From: an uncultured Coraliomargarita sp.
Lineage (GTDB): Bacteria; Verrucomicrobiota; Verrucomicrobiia; Opitutales; Coraliomargaritaceae
Assembly: GCA_964474105.1 (NCBI GenBank)
Contig: CAYYSE010000002.1
Coordinates: 2,032 to 66,031, forward strand
Length of the DNA stretch: 64,000 nucleotides
Direction of reading: 5' to 3'
The notes under the pieces were generated by a model. That model made no database searches. It was given only the letters and a program-made list of their open reading frames with translations, and was not told the origin of the DNA. Within the stretch, counting starts at the first letter, position 1. The number at the start of each line of letters is the position of its first letter. A program made the position numbers and the translations under genes. Below are positions 40,097-48,630 of this stretch, piece after piece.

Positions 40097-41119
40097 TCAG
40101 GCACTTGCCTGTAATTGCGCATTTTCCACGAAGAACTCCTGTAAAACCTCCATTCTCTTTTGCTCGATGGTCTCCTGGTGGACTTCTTCCCTGGTGCGCT
40201 GGCGCTCGTTTTCTGTCATGATGCGGCGCATTTTGTGCAGGGCAATATTCTGGATTTGGCGCACGCGCTCGCGGGTGATGTCGAAACGTTCGCCGACTTC
40301 TTCGAGTGTGAGCGGATGATTGCCATCGAGACCGAAGCGCAGGTGGATGATTTCGGCCTCGCGGTCCTCCAACTGACTGATCACGGATTTAATATCCTTG
40401 CTGACGGATTTATCCTGCAGGTTATCCAATGGGCTGGCTTCGTTCTCATCGCCGACCAGTTCGCCGAAGGTGGTTACGCCATCTTCACCGATGGGTGCAT
40501 CCAGCGAGGCGGGACGCATACTGACGGACTTGAGGTGGGCCACCTTGTTGATGGGCAAGTCCATGGCGTAAGCAATTTCCTCGTCGGTTGGCTCGCGGTC
40601 CAACTCATCGGTGAGAGCAGCAGAGATTTTACGCATTTTCGCGATACGGTCCACCAGATGAACCGGCAGGCGGATGGTTTTGCTCTGGTTCGCCAGCGCA
40701 CGCTTGATGGATTGTTTGATCCACCAGGCCGCATAGGTGCTGAGTTTACCGCCCTTGGAGGGATCGAAGCGCTCGACCGCTTTAACCAGGCCGATGTTGC
40801 CTTCGCTGATGAGATCGAGCAACGGCAGGCCGAAATTATTGTAGTCGTGTGCGATCTTGACCACCAGCCGCAGGTTGGCGGAAATCATGTGATCGCGGGC
40901 GGCTTTGTCTCCCTTTTTGATGCGCGCGGCCAGTTCAATCTCCTGCTCCTTGGTCAGCAGGGGAGTCTTGGCGATCTCTTGCATGTAGGTGCGCATGACG
41001 TTGCGGTCAGAGGAGGGCAGCTCGCGCACATCCGAGATATACTCGGCATTTTCAGTGCGTGAACGCGAAACACCACTTAAGCGATTCTTGGAACGGGGTG
41101 CTGCCAGAGATTGTGCCAT
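40097..41119 (-). CDS. Sigma70-family factor lacking region 1.1 (RpoD/RpoS-like, group 2)
   Basis: Region 1.2 YMQEIAKTPLLT.EQE; region 2 NLRLVVKIA...DLISEGNIGLVKAVERFD..KG.KLSTYAAWWIKQ; region 4 TLEEVGERFDITRERVRQI. Confidence 0.92.
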   Translation of the reverse strand: MAQSLAAPRSKNRLSGVSRSRTENAEYISDVRELPSSDRNVMRTYMQEIAKTPLLTKEQEIELAARIKKGDKAARDHMISANLRLVVKIAHDYNNFGLPLLDLISEGNIGLVKAVERFDPSKGGKLSTYAAWWIKQSIKRALANQSKTIRLPVHLVDRIAKMRKISAALTDELDREPTDEEIAYAMDLPINKVAHLKSVSMRPASLDAPIGEDGVTTFGELVGDENEASPLDNLQDKSVSKDIKSVISQLEDREAEIIHLRFGLDGNHPLTLEEVGERFDITRERVRQIQNIALHKMRRIMTENERQRTREEVHQETIEQKRMEVLQEFFVENAQLQASA

Positions 41120-41144
41120 AATATGTGTGGGTTGACGATGTAGT

Positions 41145-41213
41145 CTGTAGTGGTAGGAGATAGCGGAAGCGAATTTGTTCCCGTAGTCCGTTTAGTAATC
41201 GCCGCTCCTACAG
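41145..41213. repeat. Imperfect GTAG-ended inverted repeat (degenerate REP doublet or terminator)
   Basis: GTAGGAG..GCGG..GCGA (41153 onward) against TCGCCGCTCCTAC (to 41211); outer CTGTAG/CTACAG. Confidence 0.35.
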
Positions 41214-41230
41214 ACAGCTTACAAAAAAGC

Positions 41231-42721
41231 TCAGCGGCTGAAAATTTCTTCCGCCCGGGCGACGGCTTTCAGCATTGCCCTGGCTTTATTCACCGTTTCC
41301 ATGAACTCGCTTGCCGGCACCGAGTCGGCCACCACTCCGGCCCCGGACTGGATCGAAATCTTGCCGTCCTTGATCACGGCGGTCCGGATCCCAATCGCGG
41401 AATCATGGTTGCCCTCGAAGCCGAAATAACCGATCGCGCCACCATAGACCCCCCGCTGGGACTGTTCCAGTTCGGCAATGATTTGCAGGGCCCGCACTTT
41501 GGGAGCGCCGCTCAGGGTTCCAGCCGGGAAAGTTGCCCGCAGCAGATCGTAGGCCGAGCAGTCCGGGCGGAGGGTTCCTGCGACCTGGGAAACAATGTGC
41601 ATAACATGTGAATAGCGTTCGATCATCATGTAGTCCGGCACATGGACAGAGCCGAATTGGCAGACCCGTCCGATGTCGTTACGGGCCAGATCCACCAGCA
41701 TCAGGTGTTCCGCGCATTCTTTGGCATCGGCGAGTAGATCTTGCTCCAGGGCAAGGTCTTCCGCTTCAGAGGCACCACGGTGACGGGTGCCGGCAATCGG
41801 GCGGATTTCGACCTGTTGGCCGGTCAGCCGCACATGCACCTCGGGTGAGGCCCCCACCACGGCAAAATCGCGGTCCTCCAGCAAAAACATGTAGGGCGAG
41901 GGATTGATGGTGCGCAGCGCGCGGTAAAGGTCCATCGGCGCAGGCTTAAATTCTTTCTCAAAGCGCTGGGATAAAACAGTTTGTATCACATCGCCTGCCC
42001 GCACGTAGGCTTTTACTTTTTCGACCGCAGCCTCGAAATCCGGCTGGGTGAAGTTGCCGGGCGGGACGGTCAGCCCGGACGGCTCGCATAGGGCGCGATG
42101 CTTGAGTGTCGGTTGGGTTTCAAGTTGTTCACATATCCGGTGGATTTCTTCACCGGCCTGGTCATAAGCGGCCTCCGGATCGCCCTGAACATGGGCGTTC
42201 ACGCAAACGCGCAGCACCTGGCGCACATGATCGAAAATCAGCACCGAATCGGTGATCATGTAATAGAGGACCGGCAGCTGCAGCGGGTTATCTGCCGGTT
42301 TGTGAATGCTCGGCTCGACGTAGTGGATGTATTCATGGCCCACATACCCGACGGCACCACCGTTGAATGGCGGCATGTCCGGAGTCTTCACCGGTTGGTA
42401 TTGTTCCATTTCCGCCTGGATGATGCGGAGCGGGTCCGATGGGGTCGGGCAGGTCTCGCAGCGGCCGTCTTTGTAAGTTATCGTGACCTGGTCCTCAAAG
42501 ACGCGGATTACCTTGCGCGGATTGGCACCCAAAAAGGAATAGCGGCTGATACGCTCGCCCCCGACGATGGACTCAAAAAGAAAAGCCGGGCCCCCGGCGC
42601 GGATCTTCGAGTAGGCACCCAGCGGGGTCTCACAGTCGGCCGTCAGATCCAGATATACCGGCACGGTATTGCCCTGGGCGGCTAGCTTGGCAAATTCGGA
42701 TCTGGTAGGGTGGATGTGCAT
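41231..42721 (-). CDS. trpE: Anthranilate synthase component I
   Basis: FLFES..GGE.ISRYS, PPF.GG.VGY, GDVIQTVLSQRF, NPSPYMF, GASPE, PIAGTR.RG, EHLMLVDLARND and FPAGTLSGAPK.RA. Confidence 0.92.
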   Translation of the reverse strand: MHIHPTRSEFAKLAAQGNTVPVYLDLTADCETPLGAYSKIRAGGPAFLFESIVGGERISRYSFLGANPRKVIRVFEDQVTITYKDGRCETCPTPSDPLRIIQAEMEQYQPVKTPDMPPFNGGAVGYVGHEYIHYVEPSIHKPADNPLQLPVLYYMITDSVLIFDHVRQVLRVCVNAHVQGDPEAAYDQAGEEIHRICEQLETQPTLKHRALCEPSGLTVPPGNFTQPDFEAAVEKVKAYVRAGDVIQTVLSQRFEKEFKPAPMDLYRALRTINPSPYMFLLEDRDFAVVGASPEVHVRLTGQQVEIRPIAGTRHRGASEAEDLALEQDLLADAKECAEHLMLVDLARNDIGRVCQFGSVHVPDYMMIERYSHVMHIVSQVAGTLRPDCSAYDLLRATFPAGTLSGAPKVRALQIIAELEQSQRGVYGGAIGYFGFEGNHDSAIGIRTAVIKDGKISIQSGAGVVADSVPASEFMETVNKARAMLKAVARAEEIFSR

Positions 42722-42840
42722 TTCAGGTAAACGTGAACATGGAACCCGGAACGCTCAACATCGAATTTCCTTCCGGCGGGTGCAAAAATGGAGCTAAATA
42801 CTGCCCGCCGGGCTGACTCCGGCTTGGATCGCAATGCCCC

Positions 42841-42966
42841 GGAGGCTCATCTTGGAAAGATGAGTTGAACCGCGAATTTTACGCGAATAGATGCGAATCA
42901 GATCTGTAATCTGTTGAGCAGTAAAACTTTTTTCTGAAAATCTCCGGTGTGGTTTTCGCATCATTC
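42841..42966. repeat. GGAG-footed hairpin, then three (C/T)GCGAAT direct repeats with a partial inverted copy
   Basis: CTCATCTT-gga-AAGATGAG (42846-42864) is preceded by GGAGG. CGCGAAT at 42871 and 42882, TGCGAAT at 42892. GATGCGAA (42890-97) pairs with TTCGCATC (42955-62). Confidence 0.45.
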
Positions 42967-43070
42967 ACCCGCCAATTTGTCCATTAACGGCGTAACTCCT
43001 ATTGCGAGCCAACCAGAATCCGCTTGTCGTGATTGAACGGGTAGCCGGGGGGCTTCTACTCCTACCCGCG

Positions 43071-44117
43071 CTACAGCAGCGCTTGCTGCCCGCCGCCGGG
43101 GGCCTGCAGGCCAAGGATGCGCCAGCCTTTATCCGTCAGGACGCGCCCCTGGGTGGTGCGTTGCAGGTAGCCTTCCTGAATGAGGAAAGGCTCGTGGACT
43201 TCCTCCAGGGTATGGGCTTCTTCGCCGACGGCGACAGCGACGGTGCCGAGGCCGACCGGGCCGCCGCGGTAGTTTTCAGCCATCACGCGCATGACTTGTT
43301 TGTCCATTTCGTCGAGGCCGCGCTGGTCGATCTCCAGCAGTTCGAGGGCAGCGGCGGCGCTGTCCTGGGTGATGGTGCCGTTGCCGCGCTGCTGGGCGTA
43401 GTCGCGGCAGAAATTAACCAGGTTATTGGCGATGCGGGGGGTGCCGCGGGCGCGGCGGGCGATCTCGGCGGCACCGTCTTTTTCATAGGCAACCTGCAGC
43501 AGCCCGCAGGTGCGCTCGACGATGCCCTGCAGCGTAGCGTGGTCGTAGTAGCTGAGGCGGCTCTGCAGGGTGAAGCGGCTGCGCAGCGGCGCGGTGAGCA
43601 GGCCCATGCGGGTGGTGGCCCCCAGCAGGGTGAAGCGCGGCAGGTTGAGCCGCACGCTGCGGGCGTTGGGACCCTGGTCGATCATGATGTCGATGCGGAA
43701 GTCCTCCATTGCGGAGTAGAGGTATTCCTCGACAGTCTTGGGGATGCGGTGTATTTCGTCGATAAAGAGGATATCGCCTTCGTTGAGATTGGTCAGCAAG
43801 CCGGCCAGGTCGGCGGGTTTGTCAATCACCGGGCCGGAAGTAATGTTGACCTTCTTGCCCATCTCGTGCCCGAGGATGAGCGAGAGGCTGGTCTTGCCCA
43901 GGCCGGGCGGGCCGCTGAGCAGGATATGGTTGAGCGGGTCACCGCGGTGGCGGGCCGCGCCCACCATCACTTTGAGCCGCTCCAGCGTCTTTGGCTGGCC
44001 GGCAAAGTCGTCAAAGCTGAGCGGACGCAGGATGGTGTCCTGCGGCGCATCGCGTCCCGCGAGGCTCTGCTCGATAAAGTCGGTACCGGTGGGCGGGTCT
44101 GCGGGTGAAAAAGACAT
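43071..44117 (-). CDS. ruvB: Holliday junction branch migration helicase RuvB
   Basis: LRP..FDDF.GQ, GPPGLGKT, LFIDEIHR, YSAMEDF.IDI, GATTR.G.LT.PLR.RF and EPFLIQ.G...RT..GR. Confidence 0.96.
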   Translation of the reverse strand: MSFSPADPPTGTDFIEQSLAGRDAPQDTILRPLSFDDFAGQPKTLERLKVMVGAARHRGDPLNHILLSGPPGLGKTSLSLILGHEMGKKVNITSGPVIDKPADLAGLLTNLNEGDILFIDEIHRIPKTVEEYLYSAMEDFRIDIMIDQGPNARSVRLNLPRFTLLGATTRMGLLTAPLRSRFTLQSRLSYYDHATLQGIVERTCGLLQVAYEKDGAAEIARRARGTPRIANNLVNFCRDYAQQRGNGTITQDSAAAALELLEIDQRGLDEMDKQVMRVMAENYRGGPVGLGTVAVAVGEEAHTLEEVHEPFLIQEGYLQRTTQGRVLTDKGWRILGLQAPGGGQQALL

Positions 44118-44129
44118 AGGAAGGAATAT

Positions 44130-44315
44130 TTACGGAACCAGCTGGATTTCGTAGCCGGATCGGGAAGCTTTACGAAAGAAATCTTTATCAAAGGTGTAAA
44201 AAGGCAGCTGTGCCTCATCGGTGAACAGAAGATGGAAGGCAGCTGCGGTATCTGCATTCAGCTCAATCAGGTCAAGTGCAAGAATCAAGGAGGACTCGGC
44301 TTCGACGGCGACCAT
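44130..44315 (-). pseudogene. VapC/PIN toxin remnant, 61 aa, apparently internally deleted
   Basis: ATG shares a base with the antitoxin stop (TAATG) and follows GGAGG. MVAV joins directly to EAESSLILAL...AD.AA.HL...FYTFD, the PIN C-terminal half; the N-terminal DTN acidic motif is missing. Confidence 0.6.
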
Positions 44316-44572
44316 TACCTCCACTTGGCATCAAACCCTTTTTGGATTGCGGCATCCATTTGCTTCAAGGTGGCCGGCTTCATTTCGGGGCGGTGCAGGA
44401 TACCGGCAACATCACGGATCGACCGTGTTTTGTTAGTTGCCGGGCCGGGCTTGAGCAGCACTTGGCCCGCAGCCTCTTCGACAATCAGTTCCGTGCCCGC
44501 CTCCCATCCGAGTTTTTGCCGGTAGGCCTTGGGGATCACCACTTGGCCCTTGCTGGAGATTCGCGTATGCAT
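44315..44572 (-). CDS. AbrB/MazE/SpoVT-family antitoxin
   Basis: MHTRISSKGQVVIPKAYRQKLGW.AGTEL.V....GQVLLKP; a TTGACA hexamer lies 30-35 bp upstream (44602-44607). Confidence 0.9.
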   Translation of the reverse strand: MHTRISSKGQVVIPKAYRQKLGWEAGTELIVEEAAGQVLLKPGPATNKTRSIRDVAGILHRPEMKPATLKQMDAAIQKGFDAKWR

Positions 44573-44670
44573 GTTCGTTAAGTAAGATACGGGCAAGACG
44601 CTGTCAAGTAGTTGGCAGGGGGTGACGGCTTAGGCTTGCTTTTTTTGTGTTCTTTTCAAAACTTGAATCC

Positions 44671-45966
44671 ATGTTGCATAAAAAAACGCCCCCCACTCGT
44701 CGCTCATTTCTCAAACAGTCCGCATTTGCAGCGGCGGCGGCCTTTGCCACCCCGCAAATCATCCGTGCGCAGACACTCGGCAACGCCGAGAAAGTCGCCG
44801 CCAATTCCCGCATGGGGATCGGTTTTATCGGAATGGGGCTGATTTCAGACGGGCACCTCAAGACTTTTTCCGGAATGAAAGAGCTGCAACCCATCGCGGT
44901 CTGCGACATAAAGCCGTGGCAATTGGAGAAAGCGCTCAAAACACTACAGGAACGCGGCATTGAGGGGGTGCAGGCCACGCCGCACTACGAAGACGTCATT
45001 ACCAATCCGGGAATTGATATCGTCTGTGTGACCACTCCCGACCATTGGCACGCGGCACTCGCCATCGAGGCAATGAAAAACGGCAAGGACGTCTATGTGG
45101 AGAAGCCGATGACGCTGACCATTGAGGAGGGCAAAGCCGTGGTGCAGGCTGCGGAGAAATACGGCCGTATTGTCCAGGTCGGTTCCCAGCAACGCTCCTC
45201 CACCCACTTTCGCATTGCCGCCAATCTGGTGCGCAACGGCATGATCGGCGAGGTCAAGGAAATCTACTGCAAGCTCGGGCAGTTCCCGGCTCCACCCGAG
45301 TCCGAAGTCACCAAGCCGGTGCCGGAGGGCTTCAACTACGACCGCTGGTTGGGGCCGACGCCTTTCTACGAGTATTCCGATCATCGTGTGCTGGGCAACT
45401 ACGGTCGCGGCTGGCGCTGCTACTGGGAATACGGCAGCCGCAAATTCGGCGACTGGGGAGCGCATCACTTTGATATTATTCAATGGGCCCTCGGGCGTGA
45501 CGACACCGGACCAGTCGAGTTTATCCCCAAGGGTTACAATGGCGCGGAGTATCACCACTACCGCTACGCCGATGGCATCACCGTCTGGCGCGACAGAAAA
45601 CCGGACCACGGCCACATGATCCGCTTCATCGGCACCGAGGGCGAGGTCCATGTCAGCCGGGGCAAAGTCGCCTCTCTGCCGGAGGATTTGGTGCGCCACC
45701 GCTTTACTGACGATGCCATTCAGGTTTACGAGTCGAATAACCACCGCCAAAATTTCATCGACTGCATCCGATCCCGCCGGCCGACCATCTGCCCGGCCAG
45801 TGTGGGGCACCGCTCGGCCACGATCTGCCAGTTGTCAGGCATCGCCGAGTTGCTGGGAGAGTCGGTCCAGTGGGATCCGGCGGCTCAGCAGGTCGTGGGC
45901 AATCTCAAGGCCAGTGCCATGCAGAATCGTCCGCGTCGCCCGGGCTACGCGTTGCCGAAAGTGTAA
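44671..45966 (+). CDS. Tat-exported Gfo/Idh/MocA-family oxidoreductase
   Basis: Twin-arginine signal TRRSFLK, IG.G, TPDHWH, KDVYVEKP, VQVGSQQRS and DWGAHHFD. Confidence 0.92.
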   Translation: MLHKKTPPTRRSFLKQSAFAAAAAFATPQIIRAQTLGNAEKVAANSRMGIGFIGMGLISDGHLKTFSGMKELQPIAVCDIKPWQLEKALKTLQERGIEGVQATPHYEDVITNPGIDIVCVTTPDHWHAALAIEAMKNGKDVYVEKPMTLTIEEGKAVVQAAEKYGRIVQVGSQQRSSTHFRIAANLVRNGMIGEVKEIYCKLGQFPAPPESEVTKPVPEGFNYDRWLGPTPFYEYSDHRVLGNYGRGWRCYWEYGSRKFGDWGAHHFDIIQWALGRDDTGPVEFIPKGYNGAEYHHYRYADGITVWRDRKPDHGHMIRFIGTEGEVHVSRGKVASLPEDLVRHRFTDDAIQVYESNNHRQNFIDCIRSRRPTICPASVGHRSATICQLSGIAELLGESVQWDPAAQQVVGNLKASAMQNRPRRPGYALPKV

Positions 45967-45986
45967 GCAGTCAAGGGCTTTGCGCT

Positions 45987-46064
45987 GTAGGGGCTTCGCT
46001 CGCGAATGCCCGCATCGCCGTCGAGGCGATGCTCCTCTTGGGAGTCAGGGCATCCCTGCCCTGA
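45987..46064. repeat. Cluster of three footed REP-like hairpins between convergent genes
   Basis: GTAG-GGGCTTCGC-tc-GCGAA(T)GCCC; GCATCGCC-gtcga-GGCGATGC followed by TCC (GGAG foot on the minus strand); GGAG then TCAGGGCA-tccc-TGCCCTGA. Confidence 0.7.
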
Positions 46065-46097
46065 AAGGTCGGAATCTTCTTGAGGAATGAAACTTCA

Positions 46098-46892
46098 TCA
46101 GACTCGGATCCGGGGCACGGCACGCAGCAGCTTCTGCGTGTAAGGGTGCTGGGGGTTGCGGTAGAGCTCGGCCGTAGGTCCCTGCTCCACCAGCTTGCCG
46201 AAATACATCACGCCGACCCGGTGGGAAACGTGCTGCACCACCGCGAGATCGTGCGAAATAAAGAGAAAGGAGATGCCGTATTCCTGCTGCAGATCCGCAA
46301 TCAATTTGAGGATTTGATTTTGCACGGTGACGTCGAGTGCGGAGACGGCTTCATCGGCGACGATGAACTTCGGCTTGAGCGCCAGGGCCCGGGCGATGCC
46401 GACCCGCTGCCGCTGGCCGCCGGAGAACTCGTGCGGATAACGGTCCGCCATGCTGCGCTGCAGGCCGCACACTTCCAGCAGGCGATACACCTCCTGGTCG
46501 CGGTCCGACCTGTCGCCGATGCGGTGGGTATCCAGCGGCTCGCGCACGATTTGCCGCACGGTCATGCGCGGGTTGAGCGAGCCGTAAGGATCCTGAAAGA
46601 TGATTTGGATATTCCGCCGGTAGCGCATCATCTCCTGTTGGGAGAGATGGGTGATGTCGTTGCCCTCAAAGAGAATCTGCCCGCTGGTGATCGGCTGTAG
46701 CCGCAGAATTGAGCGGCCCAGGGTGGATTTGCCGCAGCCGGATTCGCCGACCAGGCCCAGGGTTTGCTGGCGGCCGATCGAGAGCGAAACGTCGTCGACC
46801 GCCTTGAGGTGATCCTGGACCGTGTTGAAAAAACCACCGCGAATCGGGTAGTAGGTCTTCAGGTTGCGGATTTCGATAAGCGGAGTTTCCAT
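46098..46892 (-). CDS. Oligo/dipeptide ABC transporter ATP-binding subunit (OppF/DppF-like)
   Basis: [31 protein letters not shown] and FISHDL.VV. Confidence 0.93.
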   Translation of the reverse strand: METPLIEIRNLKTYYPIRGGFFNTVQDHLKAVDDVSLSIGRQQTLGLVGESGCGKSTLGRSILRLQPITSGQILFEGNDITHLSQQEMMRYRRNIQIIFQDPYGSLNPRMTVRQIVREPLDTHRIGDRSDRDQEVYRLLEVCGLQRSMADRYPHEFSGGQRQRVGIARALALKPKFIVADEAVSALDVTVQNQILKLIADLQQEYGISFLFISHDLAVVQHVSHRVGVMYFGKLVEQGPTAELYRNPQHPYTQKLLRAVPRIRV

Positions 46893-46901
46893 GATTCGGG
46901 T

Positions 46902-47705
46902 TTAATCGCGCAGGCTTAGGACGGAATCGAGCAGCGTCCGGGTGTAGGGATGCTGCGGGTTGCGGAAGAGTTCCCTGGTTTCGCCTACCTCGACAATCTT
47001 CCCCTGATACATCACAATCACGCGTTTGCAGGTCTCGGACACGACGCCGAGGTCGTGGGTGATCAGGATCATGCCCATGTTGCGCGCGGTTTGTTGACGG
47101 TGAATTTCGTCGAGCACCTGTGCCTGCACGGTGACATCAAGCGCGGTGGTTGGCTCGTCGGCGATCAGTAGCTTGGGGTCGCAGGAGAGCGCCATGGCGA
47201 TCATCACCCGCTGACGCTGTCCACCTGACAACTGGTGCGGGTATTTTTTGACCTGCTCCGACGGGGTGGGGATGTTGACCGATGCGAGCATCTGGACTGC
47301 GATGTCGAGGGCTGCTTTGCTGGAAACTTTGCGGTGCACGCGAATGACCTCGGTCATCTGGTTGCCGATGGTAAAGACCGGATTGAGCGCGGTCATCGGC
47401 TCCTGAAAAATCATCGAGGCCACATCGCCGCGGATCCTGCGCATCTGCGCCTGATTTCTGGAGAGGATGTCGATGCCATCCAGCTCAATGCGCCCGCCGG
47501 TGATGCGCCCCGGCGGGTTCGGCACCAGTTGCAGCAGGGTCAGCGCGGTGACGGACTTGCCGCTGCCGGACTCGCCGACGATGCCGACAGCTTCGCCGGC
47601 CCCCACCTCGAAGCTGACGTCGTCGACGGCCTTGACCACGCCGCTGTCGGTGGTGAACTCGACCGAGAGATGTTCGACTTTTAAGAGTGGCTTTTCGTTC
47701 GGCAT
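46902..47705 (-). CDS. Oligo/dipeptide ABC transporter ATP-binding subunit (OppD/DppD-like)
   Basis: GESGSGKS, FQEPMTALNP, YPHQLSGGQRQR and DEPTTALDV; start taken at MPNEK. Confidence 0.93.
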   Translation of the reverse strand: MPNEKPLLKVEHLSVEFTTDSGVVKAVDDVSFEVGAGEAVGIVGESGSGKSVTALTLLQLVPNPPGRITGGRIELDGIDILSRNQAQMRRIRGDVASMIFQEPMTALNPVFTIGNQMTEVIRVHRKVSSKAALDIAVQMLASVNIPTPSEQVKKYPHQLSGGQRQRVMIAMALSCDPKLLIADEPTTALDVTVQAQVLDEIHRQQTARNMGMILITHDLGVVSETCKRVIVMYQGKIVEVGETRELFRNPQHPYTRTLLDSVLSLRD

Positions 47706-47736
47706 CTGGAAGTGGGAGGTTTCGCGCAGCAGAAGG

Positions 47737-48630
47737 CTAGGAGCTGATTTTTTTCGGGTCGGTGGCGTCCTGCAGGGCATCGGCAAACATGTTAAATGCG
47801 ATCACCAGCACAAAGAGGAAGCCGGAGGCGGCGAGAAAGTTGCCGAAATGACCGCGCAGCACGTCGCTGGTCGATTCGGAGAGCATGGTGCCCCAGCTGA
47901 CGCCGTCTTTAACGCCCAGCCCGAGAAAGGTGAGGATGACTTCACTCTTAATCGCGCCGACGAAGGAGATGGTGGCCTGCACCAGCATGATGTGAAAGGT
48001 GTTGGGGGTGACGTGCCGGTAGATAATGGTGTAGGGGTTCACGCCGATGGCCTGCGCCGCCTGAATGTATTCCAGATTGCGGATCTTGATCACCTCACCC
48101 CGCACAATCCGGCAGGTGCTGGACCAAAAGGTCGCAATCATGGCCACGTGCATGGCGTAAGACATGTCTTTCATCGCAAAGGCAATTGCCGCGACAAAGA
48201 GGTAAAACGGAATGGCATCAATGCAACCATACAGCCACATGATGATCTCATCGATAATCGTGCCGTTGAAATATCCGGCAACCGCCCCCAGCACCCCACC
48301 GATCAGGGTCGCCGAAACGGCGACGACCAGGCCCACTTCGAAGGCGGTTTTGGTTCCGGCGATGGCGCGCGCGAAGATGTCCTGCCCGTTGATATTGGTG
48401 CCGAACCAGTGCGCACTGGTGATGCCCGCGTAGCCATCTTCCGTCAGGGCGCTCCAGTTCTGCCCCCACAGCCCCAGCCAGACGCCAAACGCGATGATGG
48501 CATACATACCGACGACCCCCAGCGCGGCCAGGCCAAAGCGGTCGCGCCGAAACTTGCGGGCGCTCTTGGACCAGAGCGATTCCCGCGACGACCGACCGGG
48601 CAACATATTCTTTAACAACGTTTTCATCAC
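47737..48630 (-). CDS. Oligo/dipeptide ABC permease (OppC/DppC-like)
   Basis: HWFGT...GQDIFAR, EYIQAAQAIG (EAA loop) and L.FLGLG. Confidence 0.92.
   Translation of the reverse strand: MMKTLLKNMLPGRSSRESLWSKSARKFRRDRFGLAALGVVGMYAIIAFGVWLGLWGQNWSALTEDGYAGITSAHWFGTNINGQDIFARAIAGTKTAFEVGLVVAVSATLIGGVLGAVAGYFNGTIIDEIIMWLYGCIDAIPFYLFVAAIAFAMKDMSYAMHVAMIATFWSSTCRIVRGEVIKIRNLEYIQAAQAIGVNPYTIIYRHVTPNTFHIMLVQATISFVGAIKSEVILTFLGLGVKDGVSWGTMLSESTSDVLRGHFGNFLAASGFLFVLVIAFNMFADALQDATDPKKISS

Noticed and set aside
43038-43068. CGGGTAG/CTACCCG hairpin after ruvB as a terminator or REP
   Set aside because: The loop is long and poorly paired, there is no U-tract, and it does not match the other REP stems.
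42722-43070. Trp attenuator leader upstream of trpE
   Set aside because: The short minus-strand ORFs I translated contain no Trp codons, and no terminator with a U-tract is present.
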